This document shows, piece after piece, positions 61,272-64,000 of a DNA stretch of 64,000 bases. Both the position numbers and the translations under genes were made by a program. The notes beneath the pieces were generated by a model. That model saw only the letters and a list, made by a program, of their open reading frames with translations, was not told the origin of the DNA and searched no databases. Source of the DNA: a virus; the IMG/VR virus record IMGVR_UViG_3300009448_000011, positions 41,688-105,687 of that record, one strand, 5' to 3'. Within the stretch, counting starts at the first letter, position 1. Each line of letters begins with the position of its first letter.

Positions 61272-61940
61272 TTAAAAACCAGCAGGAACTACAGAAGGTA
61301 CATCTAATTTTGCAGCTAATTGTGAAAGCATTAAACGTAATTCAGCATTATCTTTACGTAATTGATCAAGTTCTAAATTAGTAGGAGGAACAACAAGAGG
61401 AGGAGAAATAGGAGGAGAAATACGGGGAACAATATCGGATTTACAATTTTTAAGTAAAAGAAGAGAACCACTATGATTAATTATATTGTAGTTTTCTTTA
61501 TCGACATTTGCACATACAGAAGCATAAGTTTGTTCAAAAGCCAATAAATCACTTTTAACTTGTGTATCCAAAGCACTTTTAACTAATTTTCTAGAAGCAC
61601 CACCTAAGGGAACATTTAGACCTAAAACTACTTGATATTCGCTATTAGAATCACCATATTTAGAGCCAACAAAATTCAAATTTAGAGTTGTTTCAGGAAT
61701 TTTAAAAGAATTATATTCAAGTCTATTACTATTATTATTAACTTGAATATTTTGAAGACTGCTACTTTGGCTACTACTAGAATCTGCGCTAGAATCTGCA
61801 TCAGATTTAGTAGATTGATTTTGGTTTAATTTACCAATATTAGTAGTATTATCTTGATTTTGATTTTGATTTTGATTTTGTTGTTGTACTGGAGTAGTAA
61901 TAACAACAGGGGGAGTAGAAGGTGGAACAGGAATAGTCAT
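61272..61940 (-). CDS. Hypothetical low-complexity protein
   Basis: QN repeats and a C-terminal coiled coil. Confidence 0.55.
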   Translation of the reverse strand: MTIPVPPSTPPVVITTPVQQQNQNQNQNQDNTTNIGKLNQNQSTKSDADSSADSSSSQSSSLQNIQVNNNSNRLEYNSFKIPETTLNLNFVGSKYGDSNSEYQVVLGLNVPLGGASRKLVKSALDTQVKSDLLAFEQTYASVCANVDKENYNIINHSGSLLLLKNCKSDIVPRISPPISPPLVVPPTNLELDQLRKDNAELRLMLSQLAAKLDVPSVVPAGF

Positions 61941-63290
61941 ATTTTTAAATTAATGGTTAAAATTCTAGATCAGCAGCAACAAAGCCTTTATAAGTAAAGT
62001 ATTTATTTAAATTACAAATAGGAGCTGTTAAAAATTGGCGTATTCGAATATTAATAAGCTTATCAGTAATAATAGAGTGACCTAAATCAAAATAATTATC
62101 ATCGTCATCTTTTGTTAAAGATAACAATTTAACTTTACTAGCAGCAACAAGGCTAAAATATTCATGAGGAATCATGACGTCTGTGGAAAATTTATAAAGC
62201 CAAGGACTATGAGGATTATTAGGTAAACAATATTTATTTTGAGAAAAAGGTCTAGAATTATAGACTAAACCATCTTTTACATATATTGTAGTCAAAAAAC
62301 AATTAACTCGTTGCATAATAAATATCATTTAAGAGATGTATAACATAAGATTTTATTAAAGGGTCTTGAAGACCCCTATCATTACAAAATTTCTTATCTT
62401 CATTGAGTAGATATAGAATTAATTGTTCAAAGAAAGAAAAATAGTGATCAAAAAAAGAACAATTAATTTGATTACCCAAAACAAGTAGTTCCAAATAATC
62501 CAAGAAAAAAATCTGCAATAAATTAGTTTTAGAAACTAATTCTTTATAGGAATTTAAAACATTATCATTATTATGAGAGTTTTTATTGAGAAATAGAGGA
62601 GCCCGGCTTAATAAGGATAAAATTTCAGGACTGCGCCCGCCATAATATCGTAATTGTAATTCTCGTATATTACCAAGTAATTCAGTGTACATTATTTGTT
62701 AAATTAAAGAAAAGCTGAGCTTGTTTTTCTTCGTGTCGAGCCGCTCTTAATTTAAGCTTACGGGTACTAAATTCTTTAGCAATTTTAAGATAAACTTGAT
62801 TTTCTGGTAAATTCTGCCATTCTAATAAAGAAATTTCAGTATCAGGGGTTAAAGCTTGTAATCGTTTAATTTCGGCAAGAACGGTAAGACTTTGCAACAA
62901 AGGAGATTTAACAGTGTGACTAACAAAGTCACACAATTCTTTTAATTCTTTTTTAGATAAAATTGGTTTATGAATTTCCATATTAATTGACTTTTAAAAA
63001 TTGATAAAAAATAGTTGCAAGTAAAACAAGTAAGTTTAAGATAAGGCTAGTATACACAAAATCTTCCATATTAATTTTCTATTAAGGATTGTAGTTTTAA
63101 ATATTTTTGATACTGAAGTTCGTCTTGAGTAGTCCACACAATGCCAGGCACTTGATTATTTCTAATTGCGAGCATAGCTTCTTCCCCATTTTCAAATAGT
63201 GTTAATTTTTTATTTGGGGGTACAAAGCCTTCTGCAGTGAGATAATTAATATCTTTTTTCAACTGTTCGTATTTTTCTTTATTCATATTT

Positions 63291-63650
63291 TTAAATGTAA
63301 TGAAAATGTTTTAAATTTGTTTTAGAAATTAATACAGATTCTTGATTAAAATGTTGTTTAAAAAGAGAACCTAATTGTAACAAAGTAAAATAATCAGCTT
63401 CATTAGAAGAAATAGAAGAAATAATTAAACTATTTTCCAAAAAAGTTGTTTTATTTAGAGAGGTATAAACCCCTTTAGCATTAACAATAGTAACGTTAAT
63501 TTCACTTTTTTCAGCAAAATCCAATATATAATTAAGTACTTCGTGCTCAGAATAAGTGAAATAATTTTCAGATTGAAGGCCAACATACAAGTCAACTTTA
63601 AACATAGTCAGTTCAATGGCGCAACAAAAGATTTTTTCTAAGCGCATCAT
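63291..63650 (-). CDS. DUF3574/SAM-lyase-like small protein
   Basis: LYVGL...TIVNAKGVY...EN...FNQESVL. Confidence 0.45.
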   Translation of the reverse strand: MMRLEKIFCCAIELTMFKVDLYVGLQSENYFTYSEHEVLNYILDFAEKSEINVTIVNAKGVYTSLNKTTFLENSLIISSISSNEADYFTLLQLGSLFKQHFNQESVLISKTNLKHFHYI

Positions 63651-64000
63651 TTTGCAAAGAATTAATCAAGATAAGAACTTGCCAGTCAAATAGTAAAGGA
63701 TTTTTGATAGGGGGGCTAGATGTTAAACAATATCCCCAAGATTCATTATTTACAAAAATATGAGGGTATAACACATATTTTTTGTTTTTTGGACAAATTA
63801 ATTTCATATTTTTATTTAAATATAAGAAAAACATATAACTGCTATAATTTTTTAATTAAAACAGTTATATGTTTTTAAATAGTGCAAAAAGAGTATTAAA
63901 AAATATATTTATATATATTAAAAACGGTTACCAACTTCATGAGTAAAGTTGAGGCCAGTGAAATTAAAACCAGATTCTGTAGTAATTGTTGCATTTTCAG

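Overview
This AT-rich window comes from a large lytic phage, very probably a freshwater cyanophage: it carries nblA, a CpcS/CpeS-type bilin lyase, an SLH protein and a higher-GC tnpB IS. Most genes are on the minus strand. They cover replication, recombination and nucleotide metabolism (Pif1/RecD-like and SF2 helicases, clamp loader and clamp, split family A DNA polymerase, RecA, ligase, ThyA, DHFR, NrdAB, dUTPases), plus PhoH, a tail fibre and lysis or cell-wall enzymes. The main observation is a self-contained cassette present in four diverged copies. Each copy has a sigma70-type promoter, ORF-A (a partial HPD J-domain and a C-terminal ...PF tail) and ORF-B (a PD-(D/E)XK nuclease), with ORF-B overlapping ORF-A by 335-404 nt in the +1 frame. 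Three copies lie antisense inside three different group I introns, two in polA and one in a MoxR-like AAA+ ATPase gene, each at a different position in the ribozyme. The fourth copy is free-standing. Splice junctions read from the sequence restore the DYSAQEVR, GFTVIYGG and QASAYELILD motifs. The window also holds three inteins (one class 3-like, starting with Leu), a tnpB-only IS with a reconstructable TTGAT/TCAA insertion site, and two related HNH genes each preceded by a long structured non-coding region. All calls come from reading motifs by eye; no database searches were run.
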